A stretch of DNA of 64,000 nt from Auanema rhodensis (Eukaryota; Animalia; Nematoda). A program made the position numbers and the translations under genes. The DNA lies in contig CAXKVF010000075.1 in NCBI GenBank assembly GCA_964057225.1, positions 434,001-498,000 of the forward strand. The letters run 5' to 3'. Of this stretch, positions 28,001 to 42,789 are shown one piece after another. Below the pieces are notes generated by a model that did no database searches, was not told the DNA's origin, and saw only the letters and a list, made by a program, of their open reading frames with translations. Every line of letters starts with the position of its first letter. Position 1 is the stretch's first letter.

Positions 28001-29080
28001 ATATTGGTGCATGGTAACCATGACTTTGAAATTTACGTGAACTTTAAATTATGCTAATTAAATGTACACGTGATGTGCACTTGGTATGTAACTCGCTTCA
28101 CGTGAAAGATAAAGAGATGCGGTTTTCAAAATTAGATTCCCCATGTCCATATTAGTCTAAAAACAAATTTTTATTGATATTGCTTCATGGTAACCATGAC
28201 TTTGAAATTTACGTGAACTTTAATTTATGCTAATTAAATGTACACGTGATGTGCACTTGGTATGTAACTCGCTTCACGTGAAAGATAAAGAGATGCGGTT
28301 TTCAAAATTAGATTCCCCATGTCCATATTAGTCTAAAAACAATATTTAATTGATATTGGTTCATGGTAACCATGACTTTGAAATTTACGTGAACTTTAAT
28401 TTATGCTAATTAAATGTACACGTGATGTGCACTTGGTATGTAACTCGCTTCACGTGAAAGATAAAGAGATGCGGTTTTCAAAATTAGATTCCCCATGTCC
28501 ATATTAGTCTAAAAACAAATTTTTATTGATATTGGTGCATGGTAACCATGACTTTGAAATTTACGTGAACTTTAAATTATGCTAATTAAATGTACACGTG
28601 ATGTGCACTTGGTATGTAACTCGCTTCACGTGAAAGATAAAGAGATGCGGTATTCAAAATTAGATTCCCCATGTCCATATTAGTCTAAAAACAAATTTTT
28701 ATTGATATTGGTTCATGGTAACCATGACTTTGAAATTTACGTGAACTTTAATTTATGCTAATTAAATGTACACGTGATGTGCACTTGGTATGTAACTCGC
28801 TTCACGTGAAAGATAAAGAGATGCGGTTTTCAAAATTAGATTCCCCATGTCCATATTAGTCTAAAAACAAATTTTTATTGATATTGGTTTATGGTAACCA
28901 TGACTTTGAAATTTACGTGAACTTTAATTTATGCTAATTAAATGTACACGTGATGTGCACTTGGTATGTAACTCGCTTCACGTGAAAGATAAAGAGATGC
29001 GGTTTTCAAAATTAGATTCCCCATGTCCATATTAGTCTAACAACAAATTTTAATTGATATTGGTTCATGGTAACCATGAC
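16050..29080. repeat. Large tandem duplication (~36-monomer block followed by a ~38-monomer copy), later edited by monomer gains and losses
   Basis: Shared markers at offset 6335 (16201/22536, 16538/22873, 17492/23827), 7039 (17807/24846, 18364/25403, 18990/26029), 6863 (19738/26601, 20314/27177, 1-bp deletion 20397/27260, 21789/28652) and 6687 (22354/29041). All offsets equal n x 176 - 1. Confidence 0.92.
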
Positions 29081-30349
29081 TTTGAAATTTACGTGAACTT
29101 TAATTTATGCTAATTAAATGTACACGTGATGTGCACTTGGTATGTAACTCGCTTCACGTGAAAAATAAAAAGATGCGGTTTTCAAAATTAGATTCCCCGT
29201 GTCCATATTAGTCTAAAAACAAATTTTTATTGATATTGGTTTATGGTAACCATGACTTTGAAATTTACGTGAACTTTAATTTATGCTAATTAAATGTACA
29301 CGTGATGTGCACTTGGTATGTAACTCGCATCACGTGAAAGATAAAGAGATGCGGTTTTCAAAATTAGATTCCTCATGTCCATATTAGTCTAAAAACAAAT
29401 TTTAATTGATATTGGTTCATGGTAACCATGACTTTGAAATTTACGTGAACTTTAATTTATGCTAATTAAATGTACACGTGATGTGCACTTGGTATGTAAC
29501 TCGCTTCACGTGAAAGATAAAGAGATGCGGTTTTCAAAATTAGATTCCCCATGTCCATATTAGTCTAACAACAAATTTTAATTGATATTGGTTCATGGTA
29601 ACCATGACTTTGAAATTTACGTGAACTTTAATTTATGCTAATTAAATGTACACGTGATGTGCACTTGGTATGTAACTCGCATCACGTGAAAGATAAAGAG
29701 ATGCGGTTTTCAAAATTAGATTCCTCATGTCCATATTAGTCTAAAAACAAATTTTAATTGATATTGGTTCATGGTAACCATGACTTTGAAATTTACGTGA
29801 ACTTTAATTTATGCTAATTAAATGTACACGTGATGTGCACTTGGTATGTAACTCGCTTCACGTGAAAGATAAAGAGATGCGGTTTTCAAAATTAGATTCC
29901 CCATATCCATATTAGTCTAAAAACAAATTTTTATTGATATTGGTGCATGGTAACCATGACTTTGAAATTTACGTGAACTTTAAATTATGCTAATTAAATG
30001 TACACGTGATGTGCACTTGGTATGTAACTCGCTTCACGTGAAAGATAAAGAGATGCGGTTTTCAAAATTAGATTCCCCATGTCCATATTAGTCTAAAAAC
30101 AAATTTTTATTGATATTGGTTCATGATAACCATGACTTTGAAATTTACGTTAACTTTAATTTATGCTAATTAAATGTACACGTGATGTGCACTTGGTATG
30201 TAACTCGCTTCACGTGAAAGATAAAGAGATGCGGTTTTCAAAATTAGATTCCCCATGTCCATATTAGTCTAAAAACAAATTTTTATTGATATTGGTTTAT
30301 GGTAACCATGACTTTAAAATTTACGTGAACTTTAATTTATGCTAATTAA

Positions 30350-32300
30350 ATGTACACGTGATGTGCACTTGGTATGTAACTCGCTTCACGTGAAAGATAA
30401 AAAGATGCGGTTTTCAAAATTAGATTCCCCGTGTCCATATTAGTCGAAAAACAAATTTTTATTGATATTGCTTCATGGTAACCATGACTTTGAAATTTAC
30501 GTGTACTTTAATTTATGCTAATTAAATGTACACGTGATGTGCACTTGGTATGTAACTCGCTTCACGTGAAAGATAAAGAGATGCGGTTTTCAAAATTAGA
30601 TTCCCCATGTCCATATTAGTCTAAAAACAAATTTTAATTGATATTGGTTCATGGTAACCATGACTTTGAAATTTACGTGAACTTTAATTTATGCTATTTA
30701 AATGTACACGTGATGTGCACTTGGTATGTAACTCGCTTCACGTGAAAGAAAAAGAGATGCGGTTTTCAAAATTAGATTCCCCATGTCCATATTAGTCTAA
30801 AAACAAATTTTTATTGATATTGGTGCATGGTAACCATGACTTTGAAATTTACGTGAACTTCAAATTATGCTAATTAAATGTACACGTGATGTGCACTTGG
30901 TATGTAACTCGCTTCACGTGAAAGATAAAGAGATGCGGTTTTCAAAAATAGATTCCCCATGTCCATATTAGTCTAAAAACAAATTTTTATTGATATTGCT
31001 TCATGGTAACCATGACTTTGAAATTTACGTTAACTTTAATTTATGCTAATTAAATGTACACGTGATGTGCACTTGGTATGTAACTCGCTTCACGTGAAAG
31101 ATAAAGAGATGCGGTTTTCAAAATTAGATTCCCCATGTCCATATTAGTCTAAAAACAAATTTTTATTGATATTGGTGCATGGTAACCATGACTTTGAAAT
31201 TTACGTGAACTTTAAATTATGCTAATTAAATGTACACGTGATGTGCACTTGGTATGTAACTCGCTTCACGTGAAAGATAAAGAGATGCGGTTTTCAAAAT
31301 TAGATTCCCCATGTCCATATTAGTCTAAAAACAAATTTTTATTGATATTGGTTCATGGTAACCATGACTTTGAAATTTACGTTAACTTTAATTTATGCTA
31401 ATTAAATGTACACGTGATGTGCACTTGGTATGTAACTCGCTTCACGTGAAAGATAAAGAGATGCGGTTTTCAAAATTAGATTCCCCATGTCCATATTAGT
31501 CTAAAAACAAATTTTTATTGATATTGGTTTATGGTAACCATGACTTTGAAATTTACGTGAACTTTAATTTATGCTAATTAAATGTACACGTGATGTGCAC
31601 TTGGTATGTAACTCGCTTCACGTGAAAGATAAAGAGATGCGGTTTTCAAAATTAGATTCCCCATGTCCATATTAGTCTAAAAACAAATTTTAATTGATAT
31701 TGGTTCATGGTAACCATGACTTTGAAATTTACGTGAACTTTAATTTATGCTAATTAAATGTACACGTGATGTGCACTTGGTATGTAACTCGCTTCACGTG
31801 AAAGATAAAAAGATGCGGTTTTCAAAATTAGATTCCCCGTGTCCATATTAGTCGAAAAACAAATTTTTATTGATATTGCTTCATGGTAACCATGACTTTG
31901 AAATTTACGTGAACTTTAATTTATGCTAATTAAATGTACACGTGATGTGCACTTGGTATGTAACTCGCTTCACGTGAAAGATAAAGAGATGCGGTTTTCA
32001 AAATTAGATTCCCCATGTCCATATTAGTCTAAAAACAAATTTTAATTGATATTGGTTCATGGTAACCATGACTTTGAAATTTACGTGAACTTTAATTTAT
32101 GCTATTTAAATGTACACGTGATGTGCACTTGGTATGTAACTCGCTTCACGTGAAAGAAAAAGAGATGCGGTTTTCAAAATTAGATTCCCCATGTCCATAT
32201 TAGTCTAAAAACAAATTTTTATTGATATTGGTGCATGGTAACCATGACTTTGAAATTTACGTGAACTTTAAATTATGCTAATTAAATGTACACGTGATGT
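30350..32300. repeat. Related blocks at an 8-monomer (1408-bp) offset
   Basis: A triple-SNP monomer (AAAAGATG/CCCCGTG/GTCGAAA) at ~30402 and ~31810, each followed by GCTATTT and AAAGAAAAAG variants at the same offset. Confidence 0.75.
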
Positions 32301-35300
32301 GCACTTGGTATGTAACTCGCTTCACGTGAAAGATAAAGAGATGCGGTTTTCAAAATTAGATTCCCCATGTCCATATAAGTCTAAAAACAAATTTTTATTG
32401 ATATTGCTTCATGGTAACCATGACTTTGAAATTTACGTGAACTTTAATTTATGCTAATTAAATGTACACGTGATGTGCACTTGGTATGTAACTCGCTTCA
32501 CGTGAAAGATAAAGAGATGCGGTTTTCAAAATTAGATTCCTCATGTCCATATTAGTCTAAAAACAAATTTTAATTGATATTGGTTCATGGTAACCATGAC
32601 TTTGAAATTTACGTGAACTTTAATTTATGCTAATTAAATGTACACGTGATGTGCACTTGGTACGTAACTCGCTTCACGTGAAAGATAAAGAGATGCGGTT
32701 TTCAAAATTAGATTCCCCATATCCATATTAGTCTAAAAACAAATTTTAATTGATATTGGTTCATGGTAACCATGACTTTGAAATTTACGTGAACTTTAAT
32801 TTATGCTAATTAAATGTACACGTGATGTGCACTTGGTACGTAACTCGCTTCACGTGAAAGATAAAGAGATGCGGTTTTCAAAATTAGATTCCCCATATCC
32901 ATATTAGTCTAAAAACAAATTTTAATTGATATTGGTTCATGGTAACCATGACTTTGAAATTTACGTGAACTTTAATTTATGCTAATTAAATGTACACGTG
33001 ATGTGCACTTGGTATGTAACTCGCTTCACGTGAAAGATAAAAAGATGCGGTTTTCAAAATTAGATTCCCCATGTCCATATTAGTCTAAAAACAAATTTTT
33101 ATTGATATTGGTTCATGGTAACCATGACTTTGAAATTTACGTTAACTTTAATTTATGCTAATTAAATGTACACGTGATGTGCACTTGGTATGTAACTCGC
33201 TTCACGTGAAAGATAAAGAGATGCGGTTTTCAAAATTAGATTCCCCATGTCCATTTTAGTCTAAAAACAGATTTTTATTGATATTGGTTCATGGTAACCA
33301 TGACTTTGAAATTTACGTGAACTTTAATTTATGCTTATTAAATGTACACGTGATGTGCACTTGGTATGTAACTCGCATCACGTGAAAGATAAAGAGATGC
33401 GGTTTTCAAAATTAGATTCCCCATGTCCATATTAGTCTAAAAACCAATTTTTATTGATATTGGTGCATGGTAACCATGACTTTGAAATTTACGTGAACTT
33501 TAATTTATGCTTATTAAATGTACACGTGATGTGCACTTGGTATGTAACTCGCTTCACGTGAAAGATAAAAAGATGCGGTTTTCAAAATTAGATTCCCCAT
33601 GTCCATATTAGTCTAAAAACAAATTTTTATTGATATTGGTGCATGGTAACCATGACTTTGAAATTTACGTGAACTTTAATTTATGCTAATTAAATGTACA
33701 CGTGATGTGCACTTGGTATGTAACTCGCTTCACGTGAAAGATAAAGAGATGCGGTTTTCAAAATTAGATTCCCCATGTCCATATTAGTCTAAAAACAAAT
33801 TTTTATTGATATTGGTGCATGGTAACCATGACTTTGAAATTTACGTGAACTTTAATTTATGCTAATTAAATGTACACGTGATGTGCCCTTGGTATGTAAC
33901 TCGCTTCACGTGAAAGATAAAGAGATGCGGTTTTCAAAATTAGATTCCCCATATCCATATTAGTCTAAAAACAAATTTTTATTGATATTGGTGCATGGTA
34001 ACCATGACTTTGAAATTTACGTGAACTTTAAATTATGCTAATTAAATGTACACGTGATGTGCACTTGGTATGTAACTCGCTTCACGTGAAAGATAAAGAG
34101 ATGCGGTTTTCAAAATTAGATTCCCCATGTCCATATTAGTCTAAAAACAAATTTTTATTGATATTGGTTCATGGTAACCATGACTTTGAAATTTACGTTA
34201 ACTTTAATTTATGCTAATTAAATGTACACGTGATGTGCACTTGGTATGTAACTCGCTTCACGTGAAAGATAAAGAGATGCGGTTTTCAAAATTAGATTCC
34301 CCATGTCCATATTAGTCTAAAAACAGATTTTTATTGATATTGGTTCATGGTAACCATGACTTTGAAATTTACGTGAACTTTAATTTATGCTTATTAAATG
34401 TACACGTGATGTGCACTTGGTATGTAACTCGCATCACGTGAAAGATAAAGAGATGCGGTTTTCAAAATTAGATTCCCCATGTCCATATTAGTCTAAAAAC
34501 CAATTTTTATTGATATTGGTGCATGGTAACCATGACTTTGAAATTTACGTGAACTTTAATTTATGCTTATTAAATGTACACGTGATGTGCACTAGGTATG
34601 TAACTCGCATCACGTGAAAGATAAAGAGATGCGGTTTTCAAAATTAGATTCCCCATGTCCATATTAGTCTAAAAACAAATTTTTATTGATATTGGTGCAT
34701 GGTAACCATGACTTTGAAATTTACGTGAACTTTAATTTATGCTTATTAAATGTACACGTGATGTGCACTTGGTATGTAACTCGCATCACGTGAAAGATAA
34801 AGAGATGCGGTTTTCAAAATTAAATTCCCCATGTCCATATTAGTCTAAAAACAGATTTTTATTGATATTGGTTCATGGTAACCATGACTTTGAAATTTAC
34901 GTGAACTTTAATTTATGCTAATTAAATGTACACGTGAAGTGCACTTGGTATGTAACTCGCTTCACGTGAAAGATGAAGAGATGCGGTTTTCAAAATTAGA
35001 TTCCCCATGTCCATATTAGTCTAAAAACAAATTTTTATTGATATTGGTTCATGGTAACCATGACTTTGAAATTTACGTGAACTTTAATTTATGCTAATTA
35101 AATGTACACGTGATGTGCACTTGGTATGTAACTCGCTTCACGTGAAAGATAAAGAGATGCGGTTTTCAAAATTAGATTCCCCATGTCCATATTAGTCTAA
35201 AAACAGATTTTTATTGATATTGGTTCATGGTAACCATGACTTTGAAATTTACGTGAACTTTAATTTATGCTAATTAAATGTACACGTGAAGTGCACTTGG

Positions 35301-37549
35301 TATGTAACTCGCTTCACGTGAAAGATGAAGAGATGCGGTTTTCAAAATTAGATTCCCCATGTCCATATTAGTCTAAAAACAAATTTTTATTGATATTGGT
35401 TCATGGTAACCATGACTTTGAAATTTACGTGAACTTTAATTTATGCTAATTAAATGTACACGTGATGTGCACTTGGTATGTAACTCGCTTCACGTGAAAG
35501 ATAAAGAGATGCGGTTTTCAAAATTAGATTCCCCATGTCCATATTAGTCTAAAAACAAATTTTTATTGATATTGGTGCATGGTAACCATGACTTTGAAAT
35601 TTACGTGACCTTTAATTTATGCTAATTAAATGTACACGTGATGTGCACTTGGTATGTAACTCGCTTCACGTGAAAGATAAAGAGATGCGGTTTTCAAAAT
35701 TAGATTCCCCATGTCCATATTAGTCTAAAAACAAATTTTTATTGATATTGGTGCATGGTAACCATGACTTTGAAATTTACGTGAACTTTAATTTATGCTA
35801 ATTAAATGTACACGTGATGTGCACTTGGTATGTAACTCGCTTCACGTGAAAGATAAAGAGATGCGGTTTTCAAAATTAGATTCCCCATGTCCATATTAGT
35901 CTAAAAACAAATTTTTATTGATATTGGTGCATGGTAACCATGACTTTGAAATTTACGTGAACTTTAAATTATGCTAATTAAATGTACACGTGATGTGCAC
36001 TTGGTATGTAACTCGCTTCACGTGAAAGATAAAGAGATGCGGTTTTCAAAATTAGATTCCCCATGTCCATATTAGTCTAAAAACAAATTTTTATTGATAT
36101 TGGTTCATGGTAACCATGACTTTGAAATTTACGTTAACTTTAATTTATGCTAATTAAATGTACACGTGATGTGCACTTGGTATGTAACTCGCTTCACGTG
36201 AAAGATAAAGAGATGCGGTTTTCAAAATTAGATTCCCCATGTCCATATTAGTCTAAAAACAAATTTTTATTGATATTGGTGCATGGTAACCATGACTTTG
36301 AAATTTACGTGAACTTTAATTTATGCTAATTAAATGTACACGTGATGTGCACTTGGTAGGTAACTCGCTTCACGTGAAAGATAAAGAGATGCGGTTTTCA
36401 AAATTAGATTCCCCATGTCCATATTAGTCTAAAAACAAATTTTTATTGATATTGGTGCATGGTAACCATGACTTTGAAATTTACGTGAACTTTAATTTAT
36501 GCTAATTAAATGTACACGTGATGTGCACTTGGTATGTAACTCGCTTCACGTGAAAGATAAAGAGATGCAGTTTTCAAAATTAGATTCCCCATGTCCATAT
36601 TAGTCTAAAAACAAATTTTTATTGATATTGGTTCATGGTAACCATGACTTTGAAATTTACGTGAACTTTAATTTATGCTAATTAAATGTACACGTGATGT
36701 GCACTTGGTATGTAACTCGCTTCACGTGAAAGATAAAGAGATGCGGTTTTCAAAATTAGATTCCCCATGTCCATATTAGTCTAAAAACAAATTTTTATTG
36801 ATATTGGTGCATGGTAACCATGACTTTGAAATTTACGTGAACTTTAATTTATGCTAATTAAATGTACACGTGAAGTGCACTTGGTATGTGACTCGCTTCA
36901 CGTGAAAGATGAAGAGATGCGGTTTTCAAAATTAGATTCCCCATGTCCATATTAGTCTAAAAACAAATTTTTATTGATATTGGTTCATGGTAACCATGAC
37001 TTTGAAATTTACGTGAACTTTAATTTATGCTAATTAAATGTACACGTGATGTGCACTTGGTATGTAACTTGCTTCACGTGAAAGATAAAGAGATACGGTT
37101 TTCAAAATTAGATTCCCCATGTCCATATTAGTCTAAAAACCAATTTTAATTGATATTGGTTCATGGTAACCAGGACTTTGAAATTTACGTGAACTTTAAT
37201 TTATGCTATTTAAATGTACACGTGATGTGCACTTGGTATGTAACTCGCTTCACGTGAAAGATAAAGAGATGCGGTTTTCAAAATTAGATTCCCCATGTCC
37301 ATATTAGTCTAAAAACAAATTTTTATTGATATTGGTTCATGGTAACCATGACTTTGAAATTTACGTGAACTTTAATTTATGCTAATTAAATGTACACGTG
37401 ATGTGCACTTGGTATGTAACTCGCTTCACGTGAAAGATAAAGAGATGCGGTTTTCAAAATTAGATTCCCCATGTCCATATTAGTCTAAAAACAAATTTTT
37501 ATTGATATTGGTTCATGGTAACCATGACTTTGAAATTTACGTGAACTTT

Positions 37550-38900
37550 AATTTATGCTAATTAAATGTACACGTGATGTGCACTTGGTATGTGACTCGC
37601 TTCACGTGAAAGATAAAGAGATGCTGTTTTCAAAATTAGATTCCCCATGTCCATATTAGTCTAAAAACAAATTTTTATTGATATTGGTACATGGTAACCA
37701 TGACTTTGAAATTTACGTGAACTTTAATTTATGCTAATTAAATGTACACGTGAAGTGCACTTGGTATGTGACTCGCTTCACGTGAAAGATGAAGAGATGC
37801 GGTTTTCAAAATTAGATTCCCCATGTCCATATTAGTCTAAAAACAAATTTTTATTGATATTGTTTCATGGTAACCATGACTTTGAAATTTACGTGAACTT
37901 TAATTTATGCTAATTAAATGTACACGTGATGTGCACTTGGTATGTAACTCGCTTCACGTGAAAGATAAAGAGATGCGGTTTTCAAAATTAGATTCCCCAT
38001 GTCCATATTAGTCTAAAAACAAATTTTTATTGATATTGCTTCATGGTAACCATGACTTTGAAATTTACGTGAACTTTAATTTATGCTAATTAAATGTACA
38101 CGTGATGTGCACTTGGTATGTAACTCGCTTCACGTGAAAGATAAAGAGATGCGGTTTTCAAAATTAGATTCCCCATGTCCATATTAGTCTAAAAACAAAT
38201 TTTTATTGATATTGGTTCATGGTAACCATGACTTTGAAATTTACGTGAACTTTAATTTATGCTAATTAAATGTACACGTGATGTGCACTTGGTATGTAAC
38301 TCGCTTCACGTGAAAGATAAAGAGATGCGGTTTTCAAAATTAGATTCCCCATGTCCATATTAGTCTAAAAACCAATTTTAATTGATATTGGTTCATGGTA
38401 ACCAGGACTTTGAAATTTACGTGAACTTTAATTTATGCTAATTAAATGTACACGTGATGTGCACTTGGTATGTAACTCGCTTCACGTGAAAGATGAAGAG
38501 ATGCGGTTTTCAAAATTAGATTCCCCATGTCCATATTAGTCTAAAAACAAATTTTTATTGATATTGGTTCATGGTAACCATGACTTTGAAATTTACGTGA
38601 ACTTTAATTTATGCTAATTAAATGTACACGTGATGTGCACTTGGTATGTGACTCGCTTCACGTGAAAGATAAAGAGATGCTGTTTTCAAAATTAGATTCC
38701 CCATGTCCATATTAGTCTAAAAACAAATTTTTATTGATATTGGTACATGGTAACCATGACTTTGAAATTTACGTGAACTTTAATTTATGCTAATTAAATG
38801 TACACGTGAAGTGCACTTGGTATGTGACTCGCTTCACGTGAAAGATGAAGAGATGCGGTTTTCAAAATTAGATTCCCCATGTCCATATTAGTCTAAAAAC
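37550..38900. repeat. Related blocks at a 6-monomer (1056-bp) offset
   Basis: Linked variants GTGACTC, GCTGTTT and GGTAC at 37594/37625/37689 recur at 38650/38681/38745. Confidence 0.75.
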
Positions 38901-41199
38901 AAATTTTTATTGATATTGCTTCATGGTAACCATGACTTTGAAATTTACGTGAACTTTAATTTATGCTAATTAAATGTACACGTGATGTGCACTTGGTATG
39001 TAACTCGCTTCACGTGAAAGATAAAGAGATGCGGTTTTCAAAATTAGATTCCCCATGTCCATATTAGTCTAAAAACAAATTTTTATTGATATTGGTTCAT
39101 GGTAACCATGACTTTGAAATTTACGTGAACTTTAATTTATGCTAATTAAATGTACACGTGATGTGCACTTGGTATGTAACTCGCTTCACGTGAAAGATAA
39201 AGAGATGCGGTTTTCAAAATTAGATTCCCCATGTCCATATTAGTCTAAAAACAAATTTTTATTGATATTGGTTCATGGTAACCATGACTTTGAAATTTAC
39301 GTGAACTTTAATTTATGCTAATTAAATGTACACGTGATGTGCACTTGGTATGTAACTCGCTTCACGTGAAAGATAAAGAGATGCTGTTTTCAAAATTAGA
39401 TTCCCCATGTCCATATTAGTCTAAAAACAAATTTTTATTGATATTGGTGCATGGTAACCATGACTTTGAAATTTACGTGAACTTTAATTTATGCTAATTA
39501 AATGTACACGTGAAGTGCACTTGGTATGTGACTCGCTTCACGTGAAAGATGAAGAGATGCGCTTTTCAAAATTAGATTCCCCATGTCCATATTAGTCTAA
39601 AAACAAATTTTTATTGATATTGGTTCATGGTAACCATGACTTTGAAATTTACGTGAACTTTAATTTATGCTAATTAAATGTACACGTGATGTGCACTTGG
39701 TATGTAACTCGCTTCACGTGAAAGATAAAGAGATGCTGTTTTCAAAATTAGATTCCCCATGTCCATATTAGTCTAAAAACAAATTTTTATTGATATTGGT
39801 GCATGGTAACCATGACTTTGAAATTTACGTGAACTTTAATTTATGCTAATTAAATGTACACGTGAAGTGCACTTGGTATGTGACTCGCTTCACGTGAAAG
39901 ATAAAGAGATGCGGTTTTCAAAATTAGATTCCCCATGTCCATATTAGTCTAAAAACAAATTTTTATTGATATTGGTTCATGGTAACCATGACTTTGAAAT
40001 TTACGTGAACTTTAATTTATGCTAATTAAATGTACACGTGATGTGCACTTGGTATGTAACTCGCTTCACGTGAAAGATAAAGAGATGCGGTTTTCAAAAT
40101 TAGATTCCCCATGTCCATATTAGTCTAAAAACAAATTTTTATTGATATTGCTTCATGGTAACCATGACTTTGAAATTTACGTGAACTTTAATTTATGCTA
40201 ATTAAATGTACACGTGATGTGCACTTGGTATGTAACTCGCTTCACGTGAAAGATAAAGAGATGCGGTTTTCAAAATTAGATTCCCCATGTCCATATTAGT
40301 CTAAAAACAAATTTTTATTGATATTGGTTCATGGTAACCATGACTTTGAAATTTACGTGAACTTTAATTTATGCTAATTAAATGTACACGTGATGTGCAC
40401 TTGGTATGTAACTCGCTTCACGTGAAAGATAAAGAGATGCGGTTTTCAAAATTAGATTCCCCATATCCATATTGGTCTAAAAACAAATTTTTATTGATAT
40501 TGGTTCATGGTAACCATGACTTTGAAATTTACGTGAACTTTAATTTATGCTAATTAAATGTACACGTGATGTGCACTTGGTATGTAACTCGCTTCACGTG
40601 AAAGATAAAGAGATGCGGTTTTCAAAATTAGATTCCCCATGTCCATATTAGTCTAAAAACAAATTTTTATTGATATTGCTTCATGGTAACCATGACTTTG
40701 AAATTTACGTGAACTTTAATTTATGCTAATTAAATGTACACGTGATGTGCACTTGGTATGTAACTCGCTTCACGTGAAAGATAAAGAGATGCGGTTTTCA
40801 AAATTAGATTCCCCATGTCCATATTAGTCTAAAAACAAATTTTTATTGATATTGGTTCATGGTAACCATGACTTTGAAATTTACGTGAACTTTAATTTAT
40901 GCTAATTAAATGTACACGTGATGTGCACTTGGTATGTAACTCGCTTCACGTGAAAGATAAAGAGATGCGGTTTTCAAAATTAGATTCCCCATGTCCATAT
41001 TAGTCTAAAAACAAATTTTTATTGATATTGGTGCATGGTAACCATGACATTGAAATTTACGTGAACTTTAAATTATGCTAATTAAATGTACACGTGATGT
41101 GCACTTGGTATGTAACTTGCTTCACGTGAAAGATAAAGAGATGCGGTTTTCAAAATTAGATTCCCCATGTCCATATTAGTCTAAAAACAAATTTTTATT

Positions 41200-42700
41200 G
41201 ATATTGCTTCATGGTAACCATGACTTTGAAATTTACGTGAACTTTAATTTATGCTAATTAAATGTACACGTGATGTGCACTTGGTATGTAACTCGCTTCA
41301 CGTGAAAGATAAAGAGATGCGGTTTTCAAAATTAGATTCCCCATGTCCATATTAGTCTAAAAACAAATTTTTATTGATATTGGTTCATGGTAACCATGAC
41401 TTTGAAATTTACGTGAACTTTAATTTATGCTAATTAAATGTACACGTGATGTGCACTTGGTATGTAACTCGCTTCACGTGAAAGATAAAGAGATGCGGTT
41501 TTCAAAATTAGATTCCCCATGTCCATATTAGTCTAAAAACAAATTTTTATTGATATTGGTGCATGGTAACCATGACTTTGAAATTTACGTGAACTTTAAA
41601 TTATGCTAATTAAATGTACACGTGATGTGCACTTGGTATGTAACTCGCTTCACGTGAAAGATAAAGAGATGCGGTTTTCAAAATTAAATTCCCCATGTCC
41701 ATATTAGTATAAAAACAAATTTTTATTGATATTGGTGCATGGTAACCATGACTTTGAAATTTACGTGAACTTTAATTTATGCTAATTAAATGTACACGTG
41801 ATGTGCACTTGGTATGTAACTCGCTTCACGTGAAAGATAAAGAGATGCGGTTTTCAAAATTAGATTCCCCATATCCATATTAGTCTAAAAACAAATTTTT
41901 ATTGATATTGGTTCATGGTAACCATGACTTTGAAATTTACGTGAACTTTAATTTATGCTAATTAAATGTACACGTGATGTGCACTTGGTATGTAACTCGC
42001 TTCACGTGAAAGATAAAGAGATGCGGTTTTCAAAATTAGATTCCCCATGTCCATATTAGTCTAAAAACAAATTTTTATTGATATTGCTTCATGGTAACCA
42101 TGACTTTGAAATTTACGTGAACTTTAATTTATGCTAATTAAATGTACACGTGATGTGCACTTGGTATGTAACTCGCTTCACGTGAAAGATAAAGAGATGC
42201 GGTTTTCAAAATTAGATTCCCCATGTCCATATTAGTCTAAAAACAAATTTTTATTGATATTGGTTCATGGTAACCATGACTTTGAAATTTACGTGAACTT
42301 TAATTTATGCTAATTAAATGTACACGTGATGTGCACTTGGTATGTAACTCGCTTCACGTGAAAGATAAAGAGATGCGGTTTTCAAAATTAGATTCCCCAT
42401 GTCCATATTAGTCTAAAAACAAATTTTTATTGATATTGGTGCATGGTAACCATGACTTTGAAATTTACGTGAACTTTAAATTATGCTAATTAAATGTACA
42501 CGTGATGTGCACTTGGTATGTAACTCGCTTCACGTGAAAGATAAAGAGATGCGGTTTTCAAAATTAAATTCCCCATGTCCATATTAGTATAAAAACAAAT
42601 TTTTATTGATATTGGTGCATGGTAACCATGACTTTGAAATTTACGTGAACTTTAATTTATGCTAATTAAATGTACACGTGATGTGCACTTGGTATGTAAC
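41200..42700. repeat. Related blocks at a 5-monomer (880-bp) offset
   Basis: The double variant TAAATTCCCC + AGTATAAA occurs at 41687/41709 and 42567/42589, with matching preceding C/T/G monomer order. A third dispersed copy lies at ~48725. Confidence 0.7.
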
Positions 42701-42789
42701 TCGCTTCACGTGAAAGATAAAGAGATGCGGTTTTCAAAATTAGATTCCCCATGTCCATATTAGTCTAAAAACAAATTTTTATTGATATT

